From: Spirochaetia bacterium
GTDB lineage: Bacteria; Spirochaetota; Spirochaetia; SZUA-6; Bin103
DNA length: 64,000 nucleotides
Assembly: GCA_965203055.1 (NCBI GenBank)
Contig: OZ241863.1
Coordinates: forward strand, 1,728,001-1,792,000
Direction: 5' to 3'
The position numbers and the translations under genes are program-made. Positions 1-8,863 of the stretch are shown piece after piece; position 1 is the stretch's first letter, and every line of letters begins with the position of its first letter. The notes under the pieces are model-generated. The model did not search any database. It saw only the letters and a program-made list of their open reading frames with translations, and was not told the origin of the DNA.

Positions 1-516
1 TCCCTCAGGATCGGCTTCGTCAACGACTTCCTCGCCGCCCTCGGCTTCGAGCGGGTGATGTTCCTCTCCGAGCCGGCCCTGTTCAGCTCGGTGTACGTAT
101 GGTCCGGCATCTGGCAGTTCACCGGCTGGAACTCGATCATCTACCTGGCGGCGCTCTCCACCGTCGATCCGGAGTTGCACGAGGCGGCCATCGTCGACGG
201 CGCCAACCGCCTGCGGCGCATCCTGCACGTCGACGTTCCGTGCATCCTGCCCACCATCGTCGTGCTGCTGATCATCCAGTGCGGCCAGCTCATGACGGTG
301 AGCTTCGAGAAGGTGATTCTCATGCAGCGCCCGCTCAATCTCGCGCGCTCCGAGATCATCACCACCTACGTCTACAAGGTGGGACTGGCCGGCAGCGTCT
401 TCCCCGACTACTCCTACGGAGCCGCGATCGGGCTGTTCAATGCGGTGATCAACCTGCTCCTGATCCTGGCGGTCAACAAGTTGTCCCGGACCACCACCGG
501 GCAGAGTCTCTGGTAG
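1..516 (+). CDS. Carbohydrate ABC transporter permease (LplB/UgpA-like), 5' end outside window
   Basis: Frame is open from base 1. EAA loop (ELHEAAIVDGANRLRRI), several TM helices, followed by a second permease and a binding protein. Confidence 0.9.
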   Translation, partial: SLRIGFVNDFLAALGFERVMFLSEPALFSSVYVWSGIWQFTGWNSIIYLAALSTVDPELHEAAIVDGANRLRRILHVDVPCILPTIVVLLIIQCGQLMTVSFEKVILMQRPLNLARSEIITTYVYKVGLAGSVFPDYSYGAAIGLFNAVINLLLILAVNKLSRTTTGQSLW

Positions 517-519
517 CGT

Positions 520-1422
520 ATGGCGCGGCCCTCGATCACCGTCTCCACCGCCGACCGGGTGTTCTACTCCTGCAACACCGCCTTCCTGGTACTGGCGGTG
601 CTGGTGGTGCTGTATCCGCTGGTCTACGTGGTCAGCTCCTCCTTCAGCTCCACCGACGCGGTGATCGCCGGGCGCGTCTGGCTGTGGCCGGTGGAGCCGT
701 CGCTGCGCGGCTACGAGGCGGTGTTCGAACACGAGGGCATCCTCAGAGGCTACTACAACTCGTTCTTCTACATGACCGTCGGTACCGCGGTCAACGTGGC
801 GATGACGATTCTCGCCGGCTACCCGCTGTCGCGGCGCGATTTCAAGGCGCGCAACGGCATCATGCTGTTCTTCGTCTTCACGATGATCTTCCAGGGCGGC
901 CTGATCCCCACCTACATCCTGATCCGCAACCTGGGGATGGTGAATACGCGCGCCGTGATGATCGTTCCGCTGGCGCTGTCGGTATGGAACGTGATCATCA
1001 CCCGCACCTTCTTTCAAAGCACCATCGCGCCCGAACTGCTCGAAGCGGCGCGCATCGACGGCTGCAGCGACTTCCAGTTCGTGTATTACGTCGTGCTCCA
1101 CCTGGCCGGCGCGGTCATCGCGGTCAACGCGCTGTTCTACGCCGTGCACCACTGGAACGGCTTCTTTCAGGCGTTCATCTATCTCAACGAGGAACGGTTG
1201 TATCCGCTGCAGCTCGTGCTGCGCAAGATCCTGATTCTCAACGAGGTCGATTCGATGATGTTGACCGGCGTCAATCTGGAAGCGCTGGAGGCCCGCCAGG
1301 GGTTGGTGGAACTGCTGAAGTACTCGCTGATCGTAGTCGCCAGCGTTCCCGTTCTCATCATGTATCCGTTTGCCCAGCGATACTTTGTGAAAGGTGTCAT
1401 GATTGGGGCGATCAAGGGATAA
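520..1422 (+). CDS. Carbohydrate ABC transporter permease (LplC/UgpE-like)
   Basis: EAA loop ELLEAARIDG, GGLIPTY motif, C-terminal YPFAQRYFVKGVMIGAIKG typical of this family. Confidence 0.92.
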   Translation: MARPSITVSTADRVFYSCNTAFLVLAVLVVLYPLVYVVSSSFSSTDAVIAGRVWLWPVEPSLRGYEAVFEHEGILRGYYNSFFYMTVGTAVNVAMTILAGYPLSRRDFKARNGIMLFFVFTMIFQGGLIPTYILIRNLGMVNTRAVMIVPLALSVWNVIITRTFFQSTIAPELLEAARIDGCSDFQFVYYVVLHLAGAVIAVNALFYAVHHWNGFFQAFIYLNEERLYPLQLVLRKILILNEVDSMMLTGVNLEALEARQGLVELLKYSLIVVASVPVLIMYPFAQRYFVKGVMIGAIKG

Positions 1423-1444
1423 ATCACGACGAGGAGGAGCTCGT

Positions 1445-3085
1445 ATGAGAAAGCTCGGCCTGTTGTTCGCATTGTCATTCGCTTTGTCGGTGCTGCCGGC
1501 GCTGGCGTTCGGCGCCGGTCAGACCATGGAGGAGGGCGCCGCCGGGCGCCTGCTGCCGACCCCCGCCGGGGTGCTGCCGATCGTCGAGGAGCCGGTGACC
1601 TTGCAGGTGTTCGTGGCGCCGGCGGCGTTCATCGGCGACTTCAACACCAACAAGGCGACGATCTATTGGGAGGAGATGACCGGCGTCCACGTCGACTGGA
1701 TCCAGGTGCCGGAACAGGACAAGGCGCAGAAGCTGACCCTGATGCTGTCCAGCGGTTCCGACCTGCCCGACGTCTTCTCGACCCACCTCAGCTTCGAGCA
1801 GGTGATTCTGTACGGCGCGCAGGGATTGTTCATCCCGCTGAACGACCTGATCGACCAGTACGGCCACGGCATCCACAAGGTGTTCAAGCTGGAGCCCAAC
1901 GCGCGCAACGTGATCACTGCGCCGGACGGCAACATCTACACCCTGCCCTACTACAACGACTGCTATCACTGCCGCTACGCGCAGCGCGCCTGGATCAACG
2001 TCGACTGGCTGCAGCGCCTCGGCCTGGAGATGCCGCGGACCACCGAGGAGCTGGTGACCGTGCTGCGCGCCTTCAAGGAGAACGACGCCAACGGCAACGG
2101 CAAGGCGGACGAGATTCCGCTGCTGTCGCAGGCCAACAGCTGGCACAGCGACAGCACCGACTTCCTGATGAATCCGTTCACCTTCAACCCCGGCAACTCC
2201 ACCCTGTGGCGCTACGTCCAGGGTGACGAGGTGGTGTTCGCGCCTGTCCAACCCGGCTGGAAGGATGGCCTGCGCTATCTCAGGCGCCTGCACGACGAGG
2301 GGCTGCTGGACCCGGAGAGCTTCTCCATCGACCAGAACGGCCTCCGCCAGCTCACCGAGAACCCGGCCGGCAACCGCGTCGGCCTGAGCCTGGGCGGCTA
2401 CCACGGCATGTTCGCGGCGCTGGACGCCGACGGCGCCAAGCACGACTACGAGGCGCTGCCGCCGCTGCAGGGACCGGCCGGCCGGCAGACGCCGGTGTAC
2501 TACGTCGGCATCACCCCGATCTTCGTGGTCACCAGGGACAGCGAGTACCCGGAGATCGCCTACCGCTGGGGCGACATGATGTACGACGACGAAAAGGCGA
2601 TTCTCGGCGGTTGGGGCCAGGAGGACGAGGACTGGCGCGCGGCCCGGCCCGGCGAGCTGGGCATCACCGGCGAGCAGGCCACCTGGGTGCGGCTGACCGA
2701 ATGGGGGGTGCCCCACAACTCCCACTGGGGGCAGTCGATTCCCCAGATCGCCAACGGCGACACCTACTACTTCAGCGTGGCCGCGGAGCAGGGCGCCTGG
2801 AACCTGGAGCATGAGCTGTGGAAGGCCAGCACCCACGCCATGAGGCCCTACGGCGTCGAGAACAAGGCGCTGCCGCCGTTGTTCCTCGACCTGGACATGG
2901 TGCAGGAGCTGAGCGAACCGCTGGCCCTGCTGCGCCAGCACGTGGATGAGTGGAACGCCCTGTTCATCACCGGCCGCAAGGAGATCGACGGCGACTGGGA
3001 CGAATTCGTCAACGGTCTGGAGGACATCGGCCTGCCCAAGGTGCTGGAGATGACCACCGCCGCCTACCGGCGCCAGTACCGCTAA
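1445..3085 (+). CDS. Extracellular solute-binding protein (LplA-like, family 1)
   Basis: GAGGAGGAG SD before ATG 1445; signal peptide MRKLGLLFALSFALSVLPALAFG; motifs PDGNIYTLP and AFKENDANGNGKADEIPL. Confidence 0.9.
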   Translation: MRKLGLLFALSFALSVLPALAFGAGQTMEEGAAGRLLPTPAGVLPIVEEPVTLQVFVAPAAFIGDFNTNKATIYWEEMTGVHVDWIQVPEQDKAQKLTLMLSSGSDLPDVFSTHLSFEQVILYGAQGLFIPLNDLIDQYGHGIHKVFKLEPNARNVITAPDGNIYTLPYYNDCYHCRYAQRAWINVDWLQRLGLEMPRTTEELVTVLRAFKENDANGNGKADEIPLLSQANSWHSDSTDFLMNPFTFNPGNSTLWRYVQGDEVVFAPVQPGWKDGLRYLRRLHDEGLLDPESFSIDQNGLRQLTENPAGNRVGLSLGGYHGMFAALDADGAKHDYEALPPLQGPAGRQTPVYYVGITPIFVVTRDSEYPEIAYRWGDMMYDDEKAILGGWGQEDEDWRAARPGELGITGEQATWVRLTEWGVPHNSHWGQSIPQIANGDTYYFSVAAEQGAWNLEHELWKASTHAMRPYGVENKALPPLFLDLDMVQELSEPLALLRQHVDEWNALFITGRKEIDGDWDEFVNGLEDIGLPKVLEMTTAAYRRQYR

Positions 3086-3090
3086 GCTAA

Positions 3091-3121
3091 GCAAGCCAAG
3101 CGCTCAGCGCGCTTGGCTTGC
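3091..3121. terminator. 13-bp perfect hairpin between convergent operons
   Basis: GCAAGCCAAGCGC-TCAGC-GCGCTTGGCTTGC, starting 6 nt after the SBP stop. No long U-tract. Confidence 0.6.
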
Positions 3122-3229
3122 GGAGCCCCGCCGGCGGCTTCCCGCTGCCCGGCGGCGCTCCCACTTCACAGACGCGGTCCGGTCGCCGCCGCCACCCGGT
3201 GCCCGGCAACCAAACGCGACTACATTGAA

Positions 3230-4171
3230 TCAGAGGGGCAGGTGATTGCCGATGTATCCGATTTCTACTTCGCGGGACGTGGGATCAAATCGGAGATGAA
3301 TGCGACCGCCGTTTCCGAAGCGGGCATGCCACTCGAATAGCTCGCGGGAGCCGATATGAGACTGAAATCTACGTGCTGCCAGAAGTTTGCGACTATTCCT
3401 TACACGGTCGCTCTCCGGCGTTACCGTCGTTCTCCAGGACGGCGCGGGGCCGCCCGCTTTACTCCATTCTTGAGCCGAGCGGTCCAGATCGAGCAGCTTC
3501 CCGGCGATAGTCGACAACTGGTTGGCGCACATGCGGAGATTATCTTGCACTCCCGGACCGAAGATGAGTCCGGGGAACAGCTCGCCGCGGTTCTCCCACA
3601 AGGTCTTCGGATCATTTGGAACTCGGATTCGATCGCGGTGTCGGTCGCAAATGCCGTATGCGTGCCGGGAACGGGTGAGCTGGTCGATCTCTTCGGATAC
3701 ACGCCCGATAATCTCGCCGGCGAACAGCTCCTCGAATTCGACTGTCAGGCGGTCACTGTCCCAGGTCGAAGCCGAAGGAAATCCGACGGCTATCCCATCG
3801 TCGATGGCGCACAGCACGAGCGGCTCTCCGTCTCTGTCCGCCAGTTTCAATTCCTGGCAGCCGAGAAATCTTTCCCTCACCTCCTCGCCGACGTCGTCAA
3901 GAAGTGGGTGCTTGGAAGCCATCCTCATGAGGAACAGGTATTCTTCCCGATGGTTCGACCGTCTCAGGTCGATGCAGGCATCGAAGTACGTATAATCGGC
4001 CAGACATCGCGTATCGGAAAGGTTCTTCGCCGTCCGCAGGCTCGCATCTACCACCCTCTTGCTGACGAGATGGCTCATGCCGACCGCAACGTCCTTGAGC
4101 CATGTCGAAATCGAATGACGGTCGGAACCCGGCGCAAAGAGGCTGGCGTGGTTGAGGATCATTTCTCGCAT
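3230..4171 (-). CDS. nsnC: Putative effector nuclease of Menshen-like defence operon (NsnC-like)
   Basis: Third gene of a tightly coupled, lower-GC DUF262-ATPase operon. C-terminal FEWHARFGNGGRIHLRF...EIGYIGNHL resembles a small toxin RNase fold. Confidence 0.6.
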   Translation of the reverse strand: MREMILNHASLFAPGSDRHSISTWLKDVAVGMSHLVSKRVVDASLRTAKNLSDTRCLADYTYFDACIDLRRSNHREEYLFLMRMASKHPLLDDVGEEVRERFLGCQELKLADRDGEPLVLCAIDDGIAVGFPSASTWDSDRLTVEFEELFAGEIIGRVSEEIDQLTRSRHAYGICDRHRDRIRVPNDPKTLWENRGELFPGLIFGPGVQDNLRMCANQLSTIAGKLLDLDRSAQEWSKAGGPAPSWRTTVTPESDRVRNSRKLLAARRFQSHIGSRELFEWHARFGNGGRIHLRFDPTSREVEIGYIGNHLPL

Positions 4172-4172
4172 G

Positions 4173-5285
4173 TCATGACCTGGGCGCGATCAGTCTGGCG
4201 AGATTCTCCTCATGTTGATCGAAGAAACCTGCCGGCCACGCCGACAGGCGCCCGTCGGCGTCCACCCTCGGCGAAGCCACCGTCGTCCTGCCGCCTTCGC
4301 GTTCGAAGTAGTGGAATGCGGTGTCGCCCGGCTCGATCAGCTTGTCACGCACGGCGATCCGTATGCCATCGATGAAGTGATCGCTATGAGTTTCGACTAT
4401 CACCTGCACGCCGGCCAGCGCGGCGCGAACGGCAAGTTCCGCCAATCTGGTCTGACCGCGCGGGTGTAGATGGGCCTCCGGATTCTCGATCAGGCAGAGC
4501 GAACCGGGAGGCGCCAACAGGGCGGTCAACACCGGCAGCGTGTACGAGAGGCCGAACCCGACGTTGGTCGCTCGGAAGCGTCTGGTCGTCACGTCGCCGG
4601 CGCGGTCGAACGAGAAGCCGGCAATGATGGCGTCGGCGTCCCGGACGGCCTCCAGTTGCAGGTGCGCGCCGGGCGTCACCTCCCGGAGCCAGTGATCGAC
4701 TACGTCGAGCAGCCGGCGGCCGGCATGCCCGGTCTGACGAGGATCGTCCGGCGTCAATGCCTCATTCTGGTGAGCCGCCAGGTAATTCAGCGCGTACTCG
4801 CCGCGCGCGCCAAGATAGCCGCTACGGGCGAACGCCTCCGACTGGCGGTAGAGCTTGCGCGGGCCGAGACGTTCAGCGCTTACGTAGATGAGAGACCCTC
4901 CGACCGGCGGATACCCGTCCCACAATTCCACACCGTCCAGCCCTTCATCATCGGCTCTCAACCGGTCGGCCTCCGGGGAGTAGCGAAACGTCAATCTGAG
5001 CGGGGTTCGCACCACCTGGTGATGCAACCCGAATACGATGACCTCCTCCTCGGCGTCTTCGAAGAGCGTGTCCTGACCGGTACCGATATCCGTGAGCTCC
5101 CCGCCCAGAACGAGTTCCCCCCGAAGCAGATCCCCGGACGAAGCGGACTGTCCCAACACGAGGAGCGCCTGTATGAGGCTGCTCTTTCCCATGCCGTTCA
5201 CGCCGCACAGCATCGTCAGCGGCGAGCAGGTCAGGTCCAGCGTATCGAAGCACTTGAAGTTCCGCAGTACGATCCGTTCAAGCAT
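4173..5285 (-). CDS. nsnB: ABC/OLD-type ATPase with DUF3696-like C-terminus (Menshen NsnB-like)
   Basis: NFKCF start, Walker A GVNGMGKS, NVGFGLS signature, Walker B/D-loop IENPEAHLHP, ETHSDH H-loop, C-terminal WPAGFFDQ. Confidence 0.8.
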   Translation of the reverse strand: MLERIVLRNFKCFDTLDLTCSPLTMLCGVNGMGKSSLIQALLVLGQSASSGDLLRGELVLGGELTDIGTGQDTLFEDAEEEVIVFGLHHQVVRTPLRLTFRYSPEADRLRADDEGLDGVELWDGYPPVGGSLIYVSAERLGPRKLYRQSEAFARSGYLGARGEYALNYLAAHQNEALTPDDPRQTGHAGRRLLDVVDHWLREVTPGAHLQLEAVRDADAIIAGFSFDRAGDVTTRRFRATNVGFGLSYTLPVLTALLAPPGSLCLIENPEAHLHPRGQTRLAELAVRAALAGVQVIVETHSDHFIDGIRIAVRDKLIEPGDTAFHYFEREGGRTTVASPRVDADGRLSAWPAGFFDQHEENLARLIAPRS

Positions 5286-6393
5286 TGAGACACCTCTCGA
5301 TCAGTTCCTGAGTCGTCCGAAACCGCTTCCGTACCCGGGCCGGATGGCCGGTAGATGCGGATATCGAAGTTTCGAATTCCGCATCGGTGTTCATCAGCGA
5401 TATGAATTCATCAATGATCCGATCGCGGTTTTCCGCCAGAATCTCGACCTTATCGTCCGTAAGCCGAGCCAACCCGACGCTCCAGGCATCGAACAGCGCC
5501 TTGTTGATCGGGTACCGGCCTTCGTCTCTGCCGTAGCGCTTGCGGAATGCGTGTGTCTTGAAAATACGATACGCGCCGCGCATCGCTCGCCTGAAGTCTC
5601 TGGTAAGGACGTCTCGCTGTGCGGTCTCCATGGCATTGACGCGCTTCATCGCGGTGCCGAGATAGCCGTCCAGGTCGTTGGCTGAATAGTCTTCCCATGG
5701 TTCGATGTGGAACGCAATGAATCGCAATACACACTCCCGATCTTCCATGCGTATGTTCCTGATAGAGTTATCGGTAGCCCTCTTGAACTCGTCCGATTCA
5801 GCCAGCTCTTTCAGGTATTTCCGAACCGGCCCCGGATGCAAGGCATGCCGAATCTCTTGGCCGTTGAGTGTCGCTCCGCCCGTATTGATGCGTCGAAATA
5901 TGTTGAACATCACCTCTTCGGGAGTGCCAGGATCGATGACGTTCACCACCAGCTGCGTCTCACGAATCCGCCTCTGCATACGGTGAGGGAGGTCCATGAA
6001 CGACTTGCCATTCAAGCTCGTGAGATACTCGAGCTGTTGCAGGACAAACTTTCCCTCGACGTAATTGAACATGGTCGACGTTCTCTGCAGACCATCGACC
6101 ACGGACCATTTCTCGTCGTGGTCGGCGGCAACGTAGAAGACCGGTATCGGGATGCGCAGCAGGAGAGATTCGATGAGACGGCTCTTTTGAAGATCGTTCC
6201 AGATATCCGCCATGCGTTGAAAGTCAGGAGCGAGATCGATTTCCTGGTAACGGATGCGAGCAACGACTTGATCGACCACGACGTTGACCGTACGCACCCG
6301 TATCTTTTCGGGATCGAACGGTCGTTTGATCCGGAGGGTCTCATCCTCATCCTCTTGCTCTATCCCTACGTCCTTGGAATCGGGTTCTGCCAT
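5278..6393 (-). CDS. nsnA: DUF262 (ParB/GmrS-like) domain protein (Menshen NsnA-like)
   Basis: DUF262 motifs PDFQR, SRLIESLLLRIPIP, VVDGLQR, IFRRINTGG. Overlaps the ATPase gene by 8 nt. Confidence 0.82.
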   Translation of the reverse strand: MAEPDSKDVGIEQEDEDETLRIKRPFDPEKIRVRTVNVVVDQVVARIRYQEIDLAPDFQRMADIWNDLQKSRLIESLLLRIPIPVFYVAADHDEKWSVVDGLQRTSTMFNYVEGKFVLQQLEYLTSLNGKSFMDLPHRMQRRIRETQLVVNVIDPGTPEEVMFNIFRRINTGGATLNGQEIRHALHPGPVRKYLKELAESDEFKRATDNSIRNIRMEDRECVLRFIAFHIEPWEDYSANDLDGYLGTAMKRVNAMETAQRDVLTRDFRRAMRGAYRIFKTHAFRKRYGRDEGRYPINKALFDAWSVGLARLTDDKVEILAENRDRIIDEFISLMNTDAEFETSISASTGHPARVRKRFRTTQELIERCLNA

Positions 6394-6402
6394 GGCGGTG
6401 GT

Positions 6403-6432
6403 ATTCTACCTCAATCGTTCATCATCAGTCAC
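6403..6432 (-). promoter_or_regulatory. Candidate sigma70 promoter of the defence operon
   Basis: Minus strand reads GTGACT-N18-TAGAAT-N9-ATG(6393). No SD. Confidence 0.4.
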
Positions 6433-6459
6433 GTACGGAGGCGATGCGATGCGCGGCGT

Positions 6460-7722
6460 CTATCCGGTGACCGCGGGCGCCGGTTGCGGGGCCGGCGCCG
6501 GCCGGGGGATGCCGAACGCGGTCACCGCGGTGGCGACGGCTATGACGGCGGCCAGCAGGAACACCGTTTCGTAGCCGGATGCCTTCCAGAGGATGCCGCC
6601 CAGGAACGGCACCGTCATGGAGAAGACGTGGTCGATGGTCACCCCCATCGACAGGGTGGTGGACAGCTCGTCGCGGTTGGCGCACAGCTTGCCGACGTAC
6701 ACCGCGCGCGCCGCGCCGACGAAGAACAGGACGTGGTCCAGCACGTAGGTGGCGCCGACCACGATCAGGCCGATGGCCGGCGGGAAGAGCTGGGCGCCGT
6801 AGCCGTACATCAGGCACACGCCGCACAGCAGCAGGGCGTCGGCGGTGAGGATGGTGCGCGGTCCGAAGCGGTCGATCAGGCGGCCGATCAACGGCTGCGC
6901 CGCCAAGTTGGTGACGGCGGTCACCACCCACAGCAACGCGATGGTCTGCACCGGTTGCTCGTAGATCACCACCAGCACCCATACGGCGAAGGTGATGAAC
7001 ACCTGCTTGCGCACGCCGAACAGCGCGCAGAGGGCGTAGTAGCGGGTGAACTTGCGGTTCACGACGAAGCGCCGGCGCTGCATGCGCTTCTCCGGCTGCC
7101 CGCGCACCGCCAGCCGCGTCAGCACCATCGACGAGAGGAACAGGCCGGCGGCAAGCGCGAAGAAGAAGCCGAAGTCGAGGTTGGTGACGGAACGCAGCCC
7201 CCACACGCAGCCGGCCATGACCAGCCCGGCCAACGTCTTCCAGAAGCCGACCCGGCCCAGCCGGCTGCCGGCGCGCGCCAAGTCGCCGTGATCGACCACG
7301 ATGGCGCGCTCGATCAGCATGCCCATGTGTTGGCCGGCCGAGTAGAGCATCACGAACACGATCAGCGGCAGGCCGGGAATGATGCCCGCAATCCCGTCCG
7401 CCAGCGGCCGCACCGGGATCAGCGCCAGGCCGACCACGCCCAACGCCGCCACCACGGCGGCCAGCGAGAACAGGCGCCGCTCCGACAGGGTGCCGAGCAG
7501 CACCACGTAGAACACCATCGCGAACCCCTGCGACTCGCGCGGGAACTCCAGGAACCCGCGAAACCACTCGCCGACGTGGTAGCGCTCCCGGAGGAAGTTG
7601 GGGAAGTTGATCTCGACCGTGGCCGAGGCCGCGGCGAACGCGGCGAAGGCCGCGATCAGCAGCAGGTAGGCGCCGGCCGCATCGCCGCGCGCGCGAAGGT
7701 ATGGCATGGGGGCGTTCAGCAT
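6460..7722 (-). CDS. MFS transporter
   Basis: About 12 hydrophobic segments; MFS motif GRLIDRFGPR; GAAGGGGAG SD upstream of ATG 7722. Confidence 0.85.
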   Translation of the reverse strand: MLNAPMPYLRARGDAAGAYLLLIAAFAAFAAASATVEINFPNFLRERYHVGEWFRGFLEFPRESQGFAMVFYVVLLGTLSERRLFSLAAVVAALGVVGLALIPVRPLADGIAGIIPGLPLIVFVMLYSAGQHMGMLIERAIVVDHGDLARAGSRLGRVGFWKTLAGLVMAGCVWGLRSVTNLDFGFFFALAAGLFLSSMVLTRLAVRGQPEKRMQRRRFVVNRKFTRYYALCALFGVRKQVFITFAVWVLVVIYEQPVQTIALLWVVTAVTNLAAQPLIGRLIDRFGPRTILTADALLLCGVCLMYGYGAQLFPPAIGLIVVGATYVLDHVLFFVGAARAVYVGKLCANRDELSTTLSMGVTIDHVFSMTVPFLGGILWKASGYETVFLLAAVIAVATAVTAFGIPRPAPAPQPAPAVTG

Positions 7723-7923
7723 GGCACCAACTCCCCTTCGTCGCAATGGTTCAAGCGGGCGGCCGGTCGCCTTGGGACGCGGACAGATTCGCGCCGCCGC
7801 CCTGCCGGCTCACCCGACGAGACTCGTTTGACGGCGGATGGCGGGCGTGGGACGATGGCGCGGAGCGACGATGAACCAGCTTCTTCGGCTCACCACGGAC
7901 GATCTATAGGTGTGCGTCGCCTG

Positions 7924-8790
7924 TCATGGGGAGTGGACTCGTTGCGGGCTTCGTTGCCAGAGCGCCAGGACTGCATCCCAACTCGGTACCTGACTTGGGT
8001 CCTTGGCGCTGCGCACCACGTGCCGCATGCCGTGAAACCACAGGTGGTCTCCTACCGGGGTGCCGGCCGGGCTGAAGCGGAAGTCGATCGACCACCGCAC
8101 CGACGGCGCGCGGCCCAGGGTGGAGCGGTGGAACACGTGGTTGTGGAAGATGACGAAGTCGCCGGGCTGCATGGACAGGGTGACCGCTTTTCGCCCGGCC
8201 GCGGGATCGTGGTCCGGCGTCCCGAAGCCGGAGTCGTGGCTGCGGTCGCCGTGTTCCTGAATCGCGAGCCGGTGGGTACCGGGAAGGAACTGCATGGCGC
8301 CGTTCGCCTCGCTGACCGGCACCAGCGGCACCCACACGGTGGGCCAGTGGTATTGGCCGGTATCCTCCATGTATCCCGAATCCTGATGCCACGGCAGCGC
8401 GGAGACGCTCTCCGCGGGGAGCTTCGGGCGCAGAATGTAGTCGCCGCTTACCTGTAGTTCCGCGCCGAGCAGCGACTCCACCACGTCCAGGATCGCCGGA
8501 TGCGTCCACAGCTCGTAGAGCTCGCGGCTGAACACGCAGGCGTGCCAAGTCAGGCGCTCCTCCCGCCCGCGGTGCTCCTGCCGCAGCTTGTACCAGCGCG
8601 TCGAAAACGGTTCTTGCGAATGGAGATGGGAGATTTCGCCCCGGGCGCGCAGCGCCCGCGCGCGGCGGTCCACCTCCGCCTCCAGCACCCTGATGAAAGA
8701 GTCGATCACGGCGCGCGGCAGCGCGCCCCGCACCACCAGATACCCGTCCGCGGCATATGCCTGTTCCTGATCGTTCGTCAGCGGAGCCAA
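7924..8790 (-). CDS. Phytanoyl-CoA dioxygenase family (PhyH) Fe(II)/2-oxoglutarate oxygenase
   Basis: PWHQDSGY (HxD), TVWVPL, NGAMQFLPGTH, distal His in VFHRS, and RWSIDFRF. Confidence 0.9.
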   Translation of the reverse strand: MAPLTNDQEQAYAADGYLVVRGALPRAVIDSFIRVLEAEVDRRARALRARGEISHLHSQEPFSTRWYKLRQEHRGREERLTWHACVFSRELYELWTHPAILDVVESLLGAELQVSGDYILRPKLPAESVSALPWHQDSGYMEDTGQYHWPTVWVPLVPVSEANGAMQFLPGTHRLAIQEHGDRSHDSGFGTPDHDPAAGRKAVTLSMQPGDFVIFHNHVFHRSTLGRAPSVRWSIDFRFSPAGTPVGDHLWFHGMRHVVRSAKDPSQVPSWDAVLALWQRSPQRVHSP

Positions 8791-8863
8791 CCTGACCTGT
8801 CCTCGCGCCGCAATGAGGCGGGCGGCCCGGTCGCCGTGTCAACCCGCGGCGCGTCAGTTGAGG

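Noticed and set aside
4173..5285. PARIS, Septu or Gabija assignment for the ATPase
   Set aside because: No TOPRIM, HNH or UvrD partner. The upstream DUF262 gene and the C-terminal WP.GFFD motif fit Menshen better.
7747..7923. Possible ncRNA or riboswitch in intergenic gaps (also 13812-13980 and 55912-56052)
   Set aside because: No recognisable conserved RNA motif, tRNA cloverleaf or strong stem set by eye. An Infernal/Rfam search would be needed.
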